A stretch of DNA of 26,353 bases, from IMG/VR virus record IMGVR_UViG_3300005805_000408, positions 1 through 26,353 of that record, one strand, 5' to 3'. Both the position numbers and the translations under genes were made by a program. Numbering within the stretch: position 1 is the stretch's first letter; each line of letters starts with the position of its first letter. The stretch is from a virus. Lineage: Duplodnaviria; Caudoviricetes. Under the pieces are notes generated by a model. It saw only the letters and a list, made by a program, of their open reading frames with translations. It did not search any database and had not been told where the DNA came from. Below, in pieces: positions 1 through 7,126 of the stretch.

Positions 1-144
1 TTCGCACCACTCAAGCAGCCACTTCCATGAGACATCCTCTCTGCCAAGCTCAAAGTCTTCTCTTGCCCAAAGCATGAAGCAGATAACGTTTTTCTGCGCT
101 CCGAAAAAATCATTTAGGAGCAGAAGCAAATCACGGTCAGTCAT
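1..144 (-). CDS. hypothetical protein, runs off the window (MTDRDLLLLLNDFFGAQKNV...)
   Basis: Manual translation: open frame from ATG at 144, overlapping the stop of the upstream gene (ATGA). Not in the ORF track. Confidence 0.6.
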   Translation of the reverse strand, partial: MTDRDLLLLLNDFFGAQKNVICFMLWAREDFELGREDVSWKWLLEWCE

Positions 145-350
145 TCAATCCTCCAGCAACGAAAAGAACGGTCAGGCATCAGTCGCACAGTGAATTTCGT
201 TCCGTGCTCTTTACCGTGCCTATAGGCCGCAATACTGACAGCAATACGGCTAACGCCCTCCGGCACAGCAAAACTGTCTCCGACCTCCATCTGCGCGAAC
301 GGATAGCGCTTCGGCATCGGCACGTTTTTCTCAATACGGGGCTGGTTCAT
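141..350 (-). CDS. small phage protein, possibly DNA-binding (IEKNVPMP...YPFAQMEVGDSFAV motif)
   Basis: Start re-called to MNQPR at 350 behind an AAGGA RBS. The YPF.xMEVGDSF motif is typical of a widespread small phage protein family. Confidence 0.75.
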   Translation of the reverse strand: MNQPRIEKNVPMPKRYPFAQMEVGDSFAVPEGVSRIAVSIAAYRHGKEHGTKFTVRLMPDRSFRCWRIE

Positions 351-437
351 AGTTGTCCTTCGATGGGTTGAACTTGGCCGGCGCATCCGGTTGGCCGGGT
401 TTGTCAAGAGGGTTGGGAAAGGGAGGGAAAGGCCAGT

Positions 438-632
438 TCATGCTACCTCCGTTGCGAGGATGGCTTCCAGGGCCTTGACCAGATCCTTCGCCGACTCGCG
501 GCTCATGCTGGTGGAGCAGTGACCACCAATGATGTGGACAGACAAGAAGATCTCTTGCTTGTCATCATCGCCCTTGCCGCCCTCAACGAAGATGTTTGAG
601 TACTCTTTTGCTTTGATATGAATTGATTCCAT
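438..632 (-). CDS. hypothetical protein (MESIHIKAKEY...)
   Basis: AAGGAG RBS upstream of ATG at 632; lies downstream of the predicted promoter at 674-703. Confidence 0.7.
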   Translation of the reverse strand: MESIHIKAKEYSNIFVEGGKGDDDKQEIFLSVHIIGGHCSTSMSRESAKDLVKALEAILATEVA

Positions 633-647
633 TTTTAACTCCTTGTT

Positions 648-703
648 AAACCTGCTTGATTGCAGTGATTGGGATTCTAACTCTAAGTTACAAGTCAATG
701 CAA
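648..703 (-). promoter_or_regulatory. promoter (-10 TAGAAT at 674-679) with overlapping 17-bp palindrome (676-692) and leader hairpin
   Basis: TCTAAC-TCTAA-GTTACA at 676-692. The block 648-692 aligns without gaps to 2103-2147. Confidence 0.65.
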
Positions 704-988
704 GCGTTGGCACGTACTGCTACCAGCCTGCGCCCTGACATCCAGGGCGGCGCTGACCTTAGCGTCAATCACCCTGGACATAGTCTTCATGAATTTGTCG
801 GTGTCTCCATGGTCACGCATGATCATCAGCAAGCACATAGCCAGCATGCTGGTAGCCAGGTCGCTCGAGACACTGAGCGTTACCGTAGTTCCATGCTTGT
901 CCACCATCCTGTCCAAGTAGCGCTGCACGAAGGGCTCAATCCGAGCCAACAGCACTGCGATTTCTTTGATCTCCTTATCATGCTCCAT
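695..988 (-). CDS. hypothetical protein (MEHDKEIKE...)
   Basis: ORF track; start re-called to ATG 988 behind GGAGG. Confidence 0.7.
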   Translation of the reverse strand: MEHDKEIKEIAVLLARIEPFVQRYLDRMVDKHGTTVTLSVSSDLATSMLAMCLLMIMRDHGDTDKFMKTMSRVIDAKVSAALDVRAQAGSSTCQRLH

Positions 989-1082
989 ACAGCCTCCAGA
1001 AAAATAGATCAGCAATCAGCACAATGATTGCCAAGGCATAAATGGCCATGAATGCTTTGTCAAGTGCGCTGTATTTGCTCAT
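978..1082 (-). CDS. 34-aa single-TM peptide (MSKYSALDKAFMAIYALAIIVLIADLFFWRLYGA)
   Basis: Manual translation; ATGA overlap with the upstream stop; fills the gap between genes; hydrophobic core. Confidence 0.6.
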   Translation of the reverse strand: MSKYSALDKAFMAIYALAIIVLIADLFFWRLYGA

Positions 1083-1369
1083 GATGGCCTCTGGCTTGGG
1101 ATGCGGTTCAAAATCGCTTCTGAGGCGTTTTTCAGGGCTGTGGCTATTTCCCCCTCATCCTCCTGGTCTGCGAGGCTCCTGACCAGATCTGAGCAGGCTT
1201 GGCGCTCAATGAAGATGGCCTTCTTGCTGGTCTCAATTGCCACCGTCATGATTTCGGCCTTTGCGACCGCCAGGGCAGAGTCGAACTCCTGTTGGGTAAA
1301 GAACGTCACAGCGCCGCTGTTGCCTAAGATTTGGCGGGCCAGGCCGCTCAGTTCTTTCTTCTCGCTCAT
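1079..1369 (-). CDS. hypothetical protein
   Basis: 96-aa ORF coupled by ATGA overlaps at both ends. Confidence 0.75.
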   Translation of the reverse strand: MSEKKELSGLARQILGNSGAVTFFTQQEFDSALAVAKAEIMTVAIETSKKAIFIERQACSDLVRSLADQEDEGEIATALKNASEAILNRIPSQRPS

Positions 1370-1572
1370 TTGATCCTCGCTACGTTTGCCCGACGCAGGG
1401 CCTCTTCATACTTCTGCTTGCCGTGGTCATCCAACCGGCGCATCGGCAGTTCCTGGAAATACTTCCACTTCTGCTGGTACTCAGCCTGCTCGCTGGGCGG
1501 CACCCAGCCCAGCATGCGCCAGCGTATCGTGATGTCAGTGCCCGCGGGCGTCCATACGTATCCGTGATTCAT
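1366..1572 (-). CDS. hypothetical protein (MNHGYVWTPAGTDI...)
   Basis: Start re-called to ATG 1572 with AAGGAG RBS and ATGA overlap. Confidence 0.7.
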   Translation of the reverse strand: MNHGYVWTPAGTDITIRWRMLGWVPPSEQAEYQQKWKYFQELPMRRLDDHGKQKYEEALRRANVARIK

Positions 1573-1733
1573 GCTTGCTCCTTCTCGCCCTGCACGGGCT
1601 CCTCGTAAGTCACAACGCAAAAGTCAGAACGGTAAGTGTTGATCACCACCGTATTGAGTTCAACGGCAAACTTGCGCTGCACGTACTCCAAGATGATCTT
1701 CTCAACATCAGACTCTGTGAAACATACTTTCAT
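1569..1733 (-). CDS. 54-aa hypothetical protein (MKVCFTESDVEKIILEYV...)
   Basis: Manual translation; AGGAG RBS; stop overlaps the next start. Below the ORF-track cutoff. Confidence 0.65.
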   Translation of the reverse strand: MKVCFTESDVEKIILEYVQRKFAVELNTVVINTYRSDFCVVTYEEPVQGEKEQA

Positions 1734-1746
1734 GGTGTTCTCCTGA

Positions 1747-1764
1747 TGGGGGCCGAGGCCCCCA
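1747..1764 (-). other. GC-rich intergenic stem-loop without U-tract
   Basis: TGGGGGCC-GA-GGCCCCCA inverted repeat between two genes. Confidence 0.5.
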
Positions 1765-1769
1765 GTTGA

Positions 1770-2087
1770 TTAAGCAGTGGCTGCGACTTTGATGACAGCG
1801 ACAGTCTCGCCGCGGAACTGCTCGGCCTGCTCGGCGGTGATGCCGAAATGAGCGCACAGGGCCTCGAGGTCGATGGAACCCTTGCGGTTCTCAATGGTTA
1901 CGCGAACACCGTACTTCTCGCCGCGGTGCTTGCCTTCGCCATAAGTGTTGGCGATGGAGTCCTTGAGGGACTTGCACTTGGCGGTCAAATCCTTGACCTG
2001 CTTGTCGAGCACGGCCAGCGTGTCGATCTCGTTGGACAGGCTCTCAACAGTGGCGAGGGCCTGGATGGTGGCTTGAACTTCAGTCAT
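1770..2087 (-). CDS. hypothetical protein with N-terminal coiled coil
   Basis: 105-aa ORF, AGGAG RBS, directly downstream of a predicted promoter. Confidence 0.8.
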   Translation of the reverse strand: MTEVQATIQALATVESLSNEIDTLAVLDKQVKDLTAKCKSLKDSIANTYGEGKHRGEKYGVRVTIENRKGSIDLEALCAHFGITAEQAEQFRGETVAVIKVAATA

Positions 2088-2102
2088 TTGGATCTCCTAG
2101 AT

Positions 2103-2159
2103 AAACCTGCAACGCTGCAGTGAGAAGGATTCTAACACGAAGTTAGATTCTGTCGTCAA
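2103..2159 (-). promoter_or_regulatory. promoter (TTGACG-19-TAGAAT, extended TG) with perfect palindrome TCTAAC-N5-GTTAGA (2131-2147)
   Basis: Read directly; near-duplicate of 648-692. Confidence 0.7.
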
Positions 2160-2190
2160 CAGGCTTTTTCAAGGATTTGACTAGGGGTTT

Positions 2191-2466
2191 TCACCTACTA
2201 AACTGATTAGTATTGACCAGGTTGCAGATCGTCACGTTTAGGGCGTCGATCTCGGTCATCTTGGCTATAGTCCAGGCTCTCTTCTGGCCATGCCAGCCCA
2301 TCATGCTGCCCTGGTGGCAGGACTTGCACAGAGCCACCACCGTGTAGTGTGAGCCCTGCTTGATGTGATGGGCGTCCGAGGGGCCTGGCGTACCGCAGAC
2401 GCTGCAGGGCAGTTCTTTGACGAGCGCTACATGCCGGCGCTCCTGGGCGTCCATCTTGCTGTTCAC
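2191..2466 (-). CDS. Ref-like (recombination enhancement function) Zn-binding HNH-type nuclease
   Basis: LPCSVC...DAHHI...VALCKSCH..G..GWHG pattern; GTGA overlap start. Confidence 0.7.
   Translation of the reverse strand: MNSKMDAQERRHVALVKELPCSVCGTPGPSDAHHIKQGSHYTVVALCKSCHQGSMMGWHGQKRAWTIAKMTEIDALNVTICNLVNTNQFSR
2196..2212. repeat. 17-bp palindrome copy, 1 mismatch (TACTAAACTGATTAGTA)
   Basis: Matches the copies at 8912, 8954 and 23987 at 16/17 positions. Confidence 0.75.
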
Positions 2467-2804
2467 ATCACAGCCTTGTCCATAGCCCTGTTGGACGCCT
2501 CTGTAGACCTCCAGCAGTCAATTCGGGCCTGGGCTGATACCAACCCCCACCGCAATGATTCCTCGGCCTCTACAGCCGCCTGTAGGCCCTTGAGGATCTC
2601 GAGGTAAGCCGGGTCGGCGTATGCCTCAATCTCCGCGGCCACTGCGGTCTTGGCGCGACCGTCAGTCTGTGCCGCCTTCATCAGCATTGCCTTTTGGCTT
2701 TTGCGGAATTCCTCAAGATAGACCCGATGGGCCTTGGCCTCCGCATACTTGCGCCCATGGGTGTACAGGTAGTCCACCGCATCATTGATGTCTTTTTGGT
2801 TCAT
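2463..2804 (-). CDS. helical hypothetical protein (possibly UvsY-like recombination mediator)
   Basis: Start re-called to MNQKD at 2804 (ATGA overlap, AAGGAG). All-helical composition; the UvsY likeness is only an impression. Confidence 0.65.
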   Translation of the reverse strand: MNQKDINDAVDYLYTHGRKYAEAKAHRVYLEEFRKSQKAMLMKAAQTDGRAKTAVAAEIEAYADPAYLEILKGLQAAVEAEESLRWGLVSAQARIDCWRSTEASNRAMDKAVM

Positions 2805-3475
2805 GCCATCTCCTTGATTTTGTAGTCGTGAAACACTGCTCCGCGGGCCTTGTCTCCCACCTCGCAATTCTTGACCCATACCCGACTGCCGGTCTTCTTG
2901 ATAAACCTCCAGTGGCCCCGGCGCTCATGCCAGCGTGGGCTTGCGTGTGTGCCGCCCTGTGGGTCATTCTTGGGCTTGGAAGACTCAATCACCACCGTCG
3001 TCCAGTCATATGTAGGCACCTTGCCCTGCCGGATCTTTTTCTCCCAATTAGCCCGCTTGACTGGCAGGTGTCCGGTGGTCGGCTGGGTTTCCAATGATTC
3101 TAGGAAAGCCGCTAGGAATGCCAGAACTCCGGTAGCGTAGCTGGTGCGGTAGTCAAACGGTGTCCCGTCCTTGTGTTTGACCTTAATTCCCTCGTCGTCC
3201 ACAAAGAAAAAAAATCCGGGAATGTCATACGTTTTTTTCTTGTCCCACTGCAAGCCGGCTACGCCGGTGATCTTTCCTACGCAAGACACGAACAAAAGGG
3301 CCTTCTTGTCCTCGTAGGCGCACACAAGGGCTGTACTAGGAAAAGGCATGGGCCTGGACAAAATCTCGCCGCTGATGCTTTGCTCGCGCCTATAAGCGGC
3401 ACTCATGTCAAACCAGTGGTGATCGACCGCCTTCTCAGGATTGATGGAGACCATCTCTTGGATGAGCGGAGTCAC
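2801..3475 (-). CDS. conserved phage protein with C-terminal HASPRWHERRGHWR motif
   Basis: 224-aa ORF coupled on both sides; the basic His/Arg motif is common in phage proteins of unknown function. Confidence 0.8.
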   Translation of the reverse strand: MTPLIQEMVSINPEKAVDHHWFDMSAAYRREQSISGEILSRPMPFPSTALVCAYEDKKALLFVSCVGKITGVAGLQWDKKKTYDIPGFFFFVDDEGIKVKHKDGTPFDYRTSYATGVLAFLAAFLESLETQPTTGHLPVKRANWEKKIRQGKVPTYDWTTVVIESSKPKNDPQGGTHASPRWHERRGHWRFIKKTGSRVWVKNCEVGDKARGAVFHDYKIKEMA

Positions 3476-3921
3476 TTTCCATACCTCGCAATCAATGCTG
3501 CATCTGCTAGCGCCTGGCCGGCACCCTTCTTGTCCAACTCTCGCCAGTCAGGCCACAACTGAATTGCTCGAGCGCGGGCAGCGTCTTTGTCCATGCCGAT
3601 CAGCCCCGCGGCCTTCTTCCATGCCTGCGGCGTCACCATCGTGTGTGGGATAACCAGCGCAGCCACTACACCCATCACCGTCCCGCAGGAATGGCCAAAG
3701 TTGAACATGCTGGTGACCCCCTGTCCTGGCATGGCACCGACTTGCTCAATGAATGCATGCTCTGCATGAGAATCCTCAAACCACTTTGCCAGCGCTGCAG
3801 CGTTCACGCGGGTGGCGCTGCCAACTTTCATCGTCGGCATCAGTGTCCACTCAATCGGTACGCCGTCCTCAAGCAAAACAATCGCGCCTGATGCGCCTGG
3901 GTCTACGCCAATTACTCTCAT
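3472..3921 (-). CDS. RuvC-like Holliday junction resolvase
   Basis: RNase H-fold motifs VIGVDPG, FIEQV, SMFNFG, TPQAWKK, ADAALIA. Confidence 0.85.
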   Translation of the reverse strand: MRVIGVDPGASGAIVLLEDGVPIEWTLMPTMKVGSATRVNAAALAKWFEDSHAEHAFIEQVGAMPGQGVTSMFNFGHSCGTVMGVVAALVIPHTMVTPQAWKKAAGLIGMDKDAARARAIQLWPDWRELDKKGAGQALADAALIARYGK

Positions 3922-4238
3922 TCGTCTCTCCCCTGGTGTTGATTTGACGCATCAATCTGATGCAACTCTTCGTCCGTCAGCGCTTTCTTTCCCTTTAGGT
4001 CAAAGTACTCGCAGCGCTGCAGGACAAATCGCAGTGGCAGTGTCGGTCTGCCATCCTTGTCCAAAATCTTGACGCACTTGCGATTGATGTAGTTCGTGCA
4101 TTCAAAGCAAACCCGGCGATCATCCAGGCCATCTTCCTGATCCCGGATAAGCATCTGGTCTGCCAGGCTTCTGGCTTCCTTCTCGCACAGCCCATCGTTG
4201 ATGAAGATCTGCATCCGTCTTTGGTGTGTAGTGATCAT
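3918..4238 (-). CDS. hypothetical protein with Cys cluster (CFEC...C...C)
   Basis: 106-aa ORF with ATGA overlaps. Confidence 0.7.
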   Translation of the reverse strand: MITTHQRRMQIFINDGLCEKEARSLADQMLIRDQEDGLDDRRVCFECTNYINRKCVKILDKDGRPTLPLRFVLQRCEYFDLKGKKALTDEELHQIDASNQHQGRDE

Positions 4239-4660
4239 TTTTTGCCTTTCAGGATTTCCGCTACGCGCTTTTCTGCCTTGCGGTGGGCTGTGATCATGGT
4301 GCGGGCAGGGATCTGCTCCAAAACGCTTGCATAGTCCTCCAGGATGCCCCTCAGGAGGTTTATGGCAGGGCCATCAAGGCGCAAGGCACCGCCACTCATT
4401 GATCGGTATCCAGCCCTTCCCAGGGCGTCGAATGCGTCCTCAATGGCCCCTTCAGGGTCTTGGACGACATTCATGTCGCGCAGGGCCTGCATCAGCATCA
4501 CAGCATCGCTGACGCACTCCCAATCATCAGGCGTGGGGTTGGGCAGCTTCTCCAGGCTGTGCAAGCCCTCAAACATGCGTGTCAGTTGCCGGACACGCTT
4601 GCGCTCAACAAGAGGCTCTGTCGGGCTTGCCAACAGAACATCCAAATGGGTGTAAGTCAT
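4235..4660 (-). CDS. hypothetical protein (MTYTHLDVLLASPTEP...)
   Basis: Start re-called to ATG 4660, which overlaps the upstream stop (ATGA). Confidence 0.7.
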   Translation of the reverse strand: MTYTHLDVLLASPTEPLVERKRVRQLTRMFEGLHSLEKLPNPTPDDWECVSDAVMLMQALRDMNVVQDPEGAIEDAFDALGRAGYRSMSGGALRLDGPAINLLRGILEDYASVLEQIPARTMITAHRKAEKRVAEILKGKK

Positions 4661-4848
4661 TTTTGGGCTGGATGCGCTTGCCACTGAGTGAACTCCCTGG
4701 CTTCGTAGCCGTGCTGCTTGCAGTGATTGCAAAAACCAGACTGGTAACCGTTGGTCTTCGTGCCCAACCACTGTGCGGGCTTGCCGCACTCATGGCCAAA
4801 TGTTCCTGGCTGTGCGTTATGGCACTTGCCATCAGTTGCATAACTCAT
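4657..4848 (-). CDS. small Cys/His-rich, probably Zn-binding protein
   Basis: AAGGAG RBS 6 nt before ATG 4848; C..C..CxxC pattern. Confidence 0.65.
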   Translation of the reverse strand: MSYATDGKCHNAQPGTFGHECGKPAQWLGTKTNGYQSGFCNHCKQHGYEAREFTQWQAHPAQK

Positions 4849-4864
4849 CTTCATCTCCTTATCC

Positions 4865-4904
4865 CACAACAGCGTGGTGAAAGAGAGTCTAACACGAAAT
4901 TAGA
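4865..4904 (-). promoter_or_regulatory. extended -10 promoter (TGT-TAGACT) with palindrome TCTAAC-ACGAA-ATTAGA (4888-4904) and leader hairpin
   Basis: Same motif as 2131-2147 (16/17 identical), in an intergenic position. Confidence 0.65.
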
Positions 4905-4905
4905 G

Positions 4906-5133
4906 TCAGTTGAAGATTGTGATTGTTGATGTCTGGCGGTCGAGCGCCATCTGGCCTTCGCAGACAATGTTCCAGTCATCCGACAGTGCTTCCTTCTCTC
5001 CTCGAGATAACACATTGATCACGATGTTTTTGACGACATACTCTTTTTCGTCAACGAACACTCGCCAAGCGTGATCCATCGTTCCTCGTCCGGGCTGGCC
5101 CCTGGACTTGTTGAACCTGATTTTGAACTTCAT
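4906..5133 (-). CDS. conserved hypothetical phage protein (IRFNKSRGQPGRGT..HAWRVF)
   Basis: 75-aa ORF coupled to the oxygenase gene. Confidence 0.75.
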   Translation of the reverse strand: MKFKIRFNKSRGQPGRGTMDHAWRVFVDEKEYVVKNIVINVLSRGEKEALSDDWNIVCEGQMALDRQTSTITIFN

Positions 5134-5747
5134 ACCACCTCAACCGTGGTCTCTGGAGCAGGCGCTACCGCTATGTTCATGTGAATGAACCGGACAGGAT
5201 CCATGCTCTTGTTCTTTGTCAGGCTATGGGGCAACCAAGCATTGCAAAAGATCATCGTGCCGGCCTCCGGCGTAAACACGATTTGCTGCGATGCCAAAGA
5301 GATTGCAGTAGGACTTTTCTCCAGCAGATTGATCATCGCCTTAGCTGGCCGCGGATCATGGATAACAAATTTGCTGCTGTTAGCCGGAACATCAAGGAAA
5401 TAAAAGCAATTGATCTGCGCCCCCATCCCATGCACATGAGTCTCCATCGTCGAAAGATACCTGTGCTCCTGAGTCCACATCTCCGTGAAAAACGTCACCA
5501 ACTCATCCATCCTATACCCCTGCGACAACAAGATGTTCCAGGCAGTCTGAGACACATATTGAGCAAATTCAGCCACCTCAGGCTCATGCATAAAGTTGGC
5601 CGTCATCAACGGCTCTGCAGGATCTCCAGCCCTACTGGACTGCTGGATGTACCGATCAGAAACCCCCTTCATCGTCTCCAAAAAGTCCAGCTTCTTGACC
5701 GTGTACACAGGGCTTGCGAAATAGTGCATCTCTTCCAACGTGTCCAT
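5130..5747 (-). CDS. putative 2OG-Fe(II) oxygenase (TIGR02466-like)
   Basis: HVH motif, C/FYFL strand, DPRP, P.AG.MIF..WLPH.., R.IHMN: double-stranded beta-helix signature. Confidence 0.8.
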   Translation of the reverse strand: MDTLEEMHYFASPVYTVKKLDFLETMKGVSDRYIQQSSRAGDPAEPLMTANFMHEPEVAEFAQYVSQTAWNILLSQGYRMDELVTFFTEMWTQEHRYLSTMETHVHGMGAQINCFYFLDVPANSSKFVIHDPRPAKAMINLLEKSPTAISLASQQIVFTPEAGTMIFCNAWLPHSLTKNKSMDPVRFIHMNIAVAPAPETTVEVV

Positions 5748-5773
5748 TCTTTCCCCTTCTGGTTGATTGATTT

Positions 5774-5792
5774 AGTCTAACATTGAATTAGA
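5774..5792 (-). promoter_or_regulatory. extended -10 promoter (TGT-TAGACT) with palindrome TCTAAC-ATTGA-ATTAGA (5776-5792)
   Basis: Fourth copy of the motif, between a terminator and the oxygenase start. Confidence 0.65.
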
Positions 5793-5802
5793 TTTTCAAA
5801 CG

Positions 5803-5826
5803 AAAAAAATGGGCCCGGCCCGGCCC
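5803..5826 (-). terminator. intrinsic terminator
   Basis: Minus strand reads GGGCC-loop-GGCCC then A-T7. Confidence 0.6.
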
Positions 5827-5869
5827 TTATTGACTACTTACTGTATCCTTATTTCTTGTCCTTGCATCT

Positions 5870-6062
5870 CTTTTGGTGGGCAGACCCAGCCCTCCTGGAG
5901 GAGGATGAGCCTTCACATGTGATCTCTCCCGGAGCCGCATGACCCGACAGCCGTTCGATGCATGGGCGCTATCTTCGCCACCCATTCCCCTATCTCAGCA
6001 TCTTTCCCGTAGTAGGGGTGTCCCCGCAACGCTACTGCCAGTGCGCGTCCATTGCGGCGGGT
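5870..6062 (-). ncRNA. candidate structured non-coding RNA or origin region (tandem hairpins)
   Basis: Successive stems CCGCAAT/GTTGCGG, CCCCTA/TAGGGG, ATGGGTG/CGCCCAT, CCTCC/GGAGG; no credible ORF. Confidence 0.4.
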
Positions 6063-6075
6063 AAGCGGCTACAAA

Positions 6076-6180
6076 GCAAAAAACCCATTGGGGAACGAGC
6101 TTTGGGCTTGGTTGCCGCACACAAGTCTGCAGTGACAGGGTCTTGTAGCTTTGACGAAGCCCGCTCCCCAATGGGTTTGC
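6076..6180 (-). ncRNA. C4/CI-like antisense RNA (long basal stem plus two loop-presenting hairpins)
   Basis: ~22-bp stem 6157-6178/6081-6102 ending in a U-tract. Loops TCACTG (6130-6135) and AACCAA (6108-6113) are complementary to leader sites 6190-6195 and 6210-6217. Confidence 0.65.
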
Positions 6181-6229
6181 GGTTGCGTTTCACTGAACTA
6201 CGACGGGTTACCAAGCCGTCGATGCACGG

Positions 6230-6260
6230 ATTATACGGTCAATCCGCAAACCCGTGTCAA
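6230..6260 (-). promoter_or_regulatory. sigma70-type promoter TTGACA-N19-TATAAT
   Basis: Both hexamers are perfect consensus; spacer is 19 bp; the -35 overlaps the primase stop codon. Confidence 0.6.
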
Positions 6261-7126
6261 GACATCGCAAGAGATGCCATACGGCACTTCATGATTTTCC
6301 CAACAACCGCAAACAGGCCCCTGCTCTTGTGCAGGTCGTTGGCGTCCCAACCCACCTCATCGGCCATCGTCCAGGGCAAGCCAGTCTGCTCCGCGGCCTT
6401 CTGCCCCGTCTGGCTTTCGTCGTTATCCGCAAACACAAATCGCTGCCCAGGGATCTGATCGGCCACCTGCACCAGGTTTGACGCCGAAAAACACACCACC
6501 ACTGATGCTTTCATACCGCAGCTACGCAGGGCATTTCTCACGCTCAAGCCGGTCGCATAGCCCTCCACCAGCCAGCATTCGGGTAATTCCCTGTTGCCCA
6601 TGAACAACACAGCATTTTTGGCCCTCATGCCGAGCATCATCTTTTTATCGTACTTGCGCTGCTCCATGTCCCACCAGATCGCCTGATAGCCCTGAATGCG
6701 ATTAGTAACGACATTTCGCATTGGGATCAGCAGCCTGTCCTCGAGCACCAGGCCCTTTTCCTCAGGAAAGCCTTTGATCTCAAGGTAGGCATGCTCGGTC
6801 AGTTTGGCCTGTTTCAGGGTCTCCAGCGCCTTTTGAGCGGCCTGCTCATACTGATTGTCCTGCCTCTGCGCCGCCAAGGCCCTTTTTTGGGCCCAGGAGC
6901 GCTTTTCTTCGTCAGTCCAGGGCTTTGCCTTGGGGTCTTCGTACCAGACCGTCCTGGCCTCTCCAGACCAGTCAAACACCCAGCCACGCTGGCCGTCCCA
7001 GAAATAGGCCCCGTTGCCCGACTTTGGCTTACCCACAGTGCCGCAACGCTTGATCCGATCAGATGGGTACAGGCGGCTGGGGTCAATCTCCACTCCATGG
7101 GCTCGAGCGAAATCAATGAAACTCAT
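6257..7126 (-). CDS. TOPRIM-domain DNA primase (P4-alpha/TraC-like primase domain)
   Basis: LVEGYATGLS and FVFADND TOPRIM motifs, HAYLEIKG, LLIPMRN. Start re-called to MSFIDF at 7126 (ATGA overlap with helicase stop). Confidence 0.9.
   Translation of the reverse strand: MSFIDFARAHGVEIDPSRLYPSDRIKRCGTVGKPKSGNGAYFWDGQRGWVFDWSGEARTVWYEDPKAKPWTDEEKRSWAQKRALAAQRQDNQYEQAAQKALETLKQAKLTEHAYLEIKGFPEEKGLVLEDRLLIPMRNVVTNRIQGYQAIWWDMEQRKYDKKMMLGMRAKNAVLFMGNRELPECWLVEGYATGLSVRNALRSCGMKASVVVCFSASNLVQVADQIPGQRFVFADNDESQTGQKAAEQTGLPWTMADEVGWDANDLHKSRGLFAVVGKIMKCRMASLAMS

Noticed and set aside
361-437. TTGACA on the minus strand and a TTGGCCGG direct repeat upstream of the 141-350 gene
   Set aside because: No matching -10 box, and only two short GC-rich copies.
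2182-2197. Imperfect palindrome TAGGGGTTTTCACCTA adjoining the 2196 site
   Set aside because: Single occurrence in the window; cannot be supported as a motif.
661-6135. TGCAGTGA shared by two promoter leaders and the antisense-RNA loop
   Set aside because: It is the same sense rather than complementary, and the 8-mer also occurs in coding sequence (near 4719 and 18618), so chance cannot be excluded.
5958-6458. 166-aa plus-strand ORF and 60-aa minus-strand ORF (6032-6214) over the non-coding region
   Set aside because: No RBS or recognisable motifs; one is antisense to the primase; the RNA-structure signal explains the sequence better.
6692-6707. GATTAGTA half-site in the primase gene (similar half-site near 21926)
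   Set aside because: Only one arm of the 17-bp palindrome matches.
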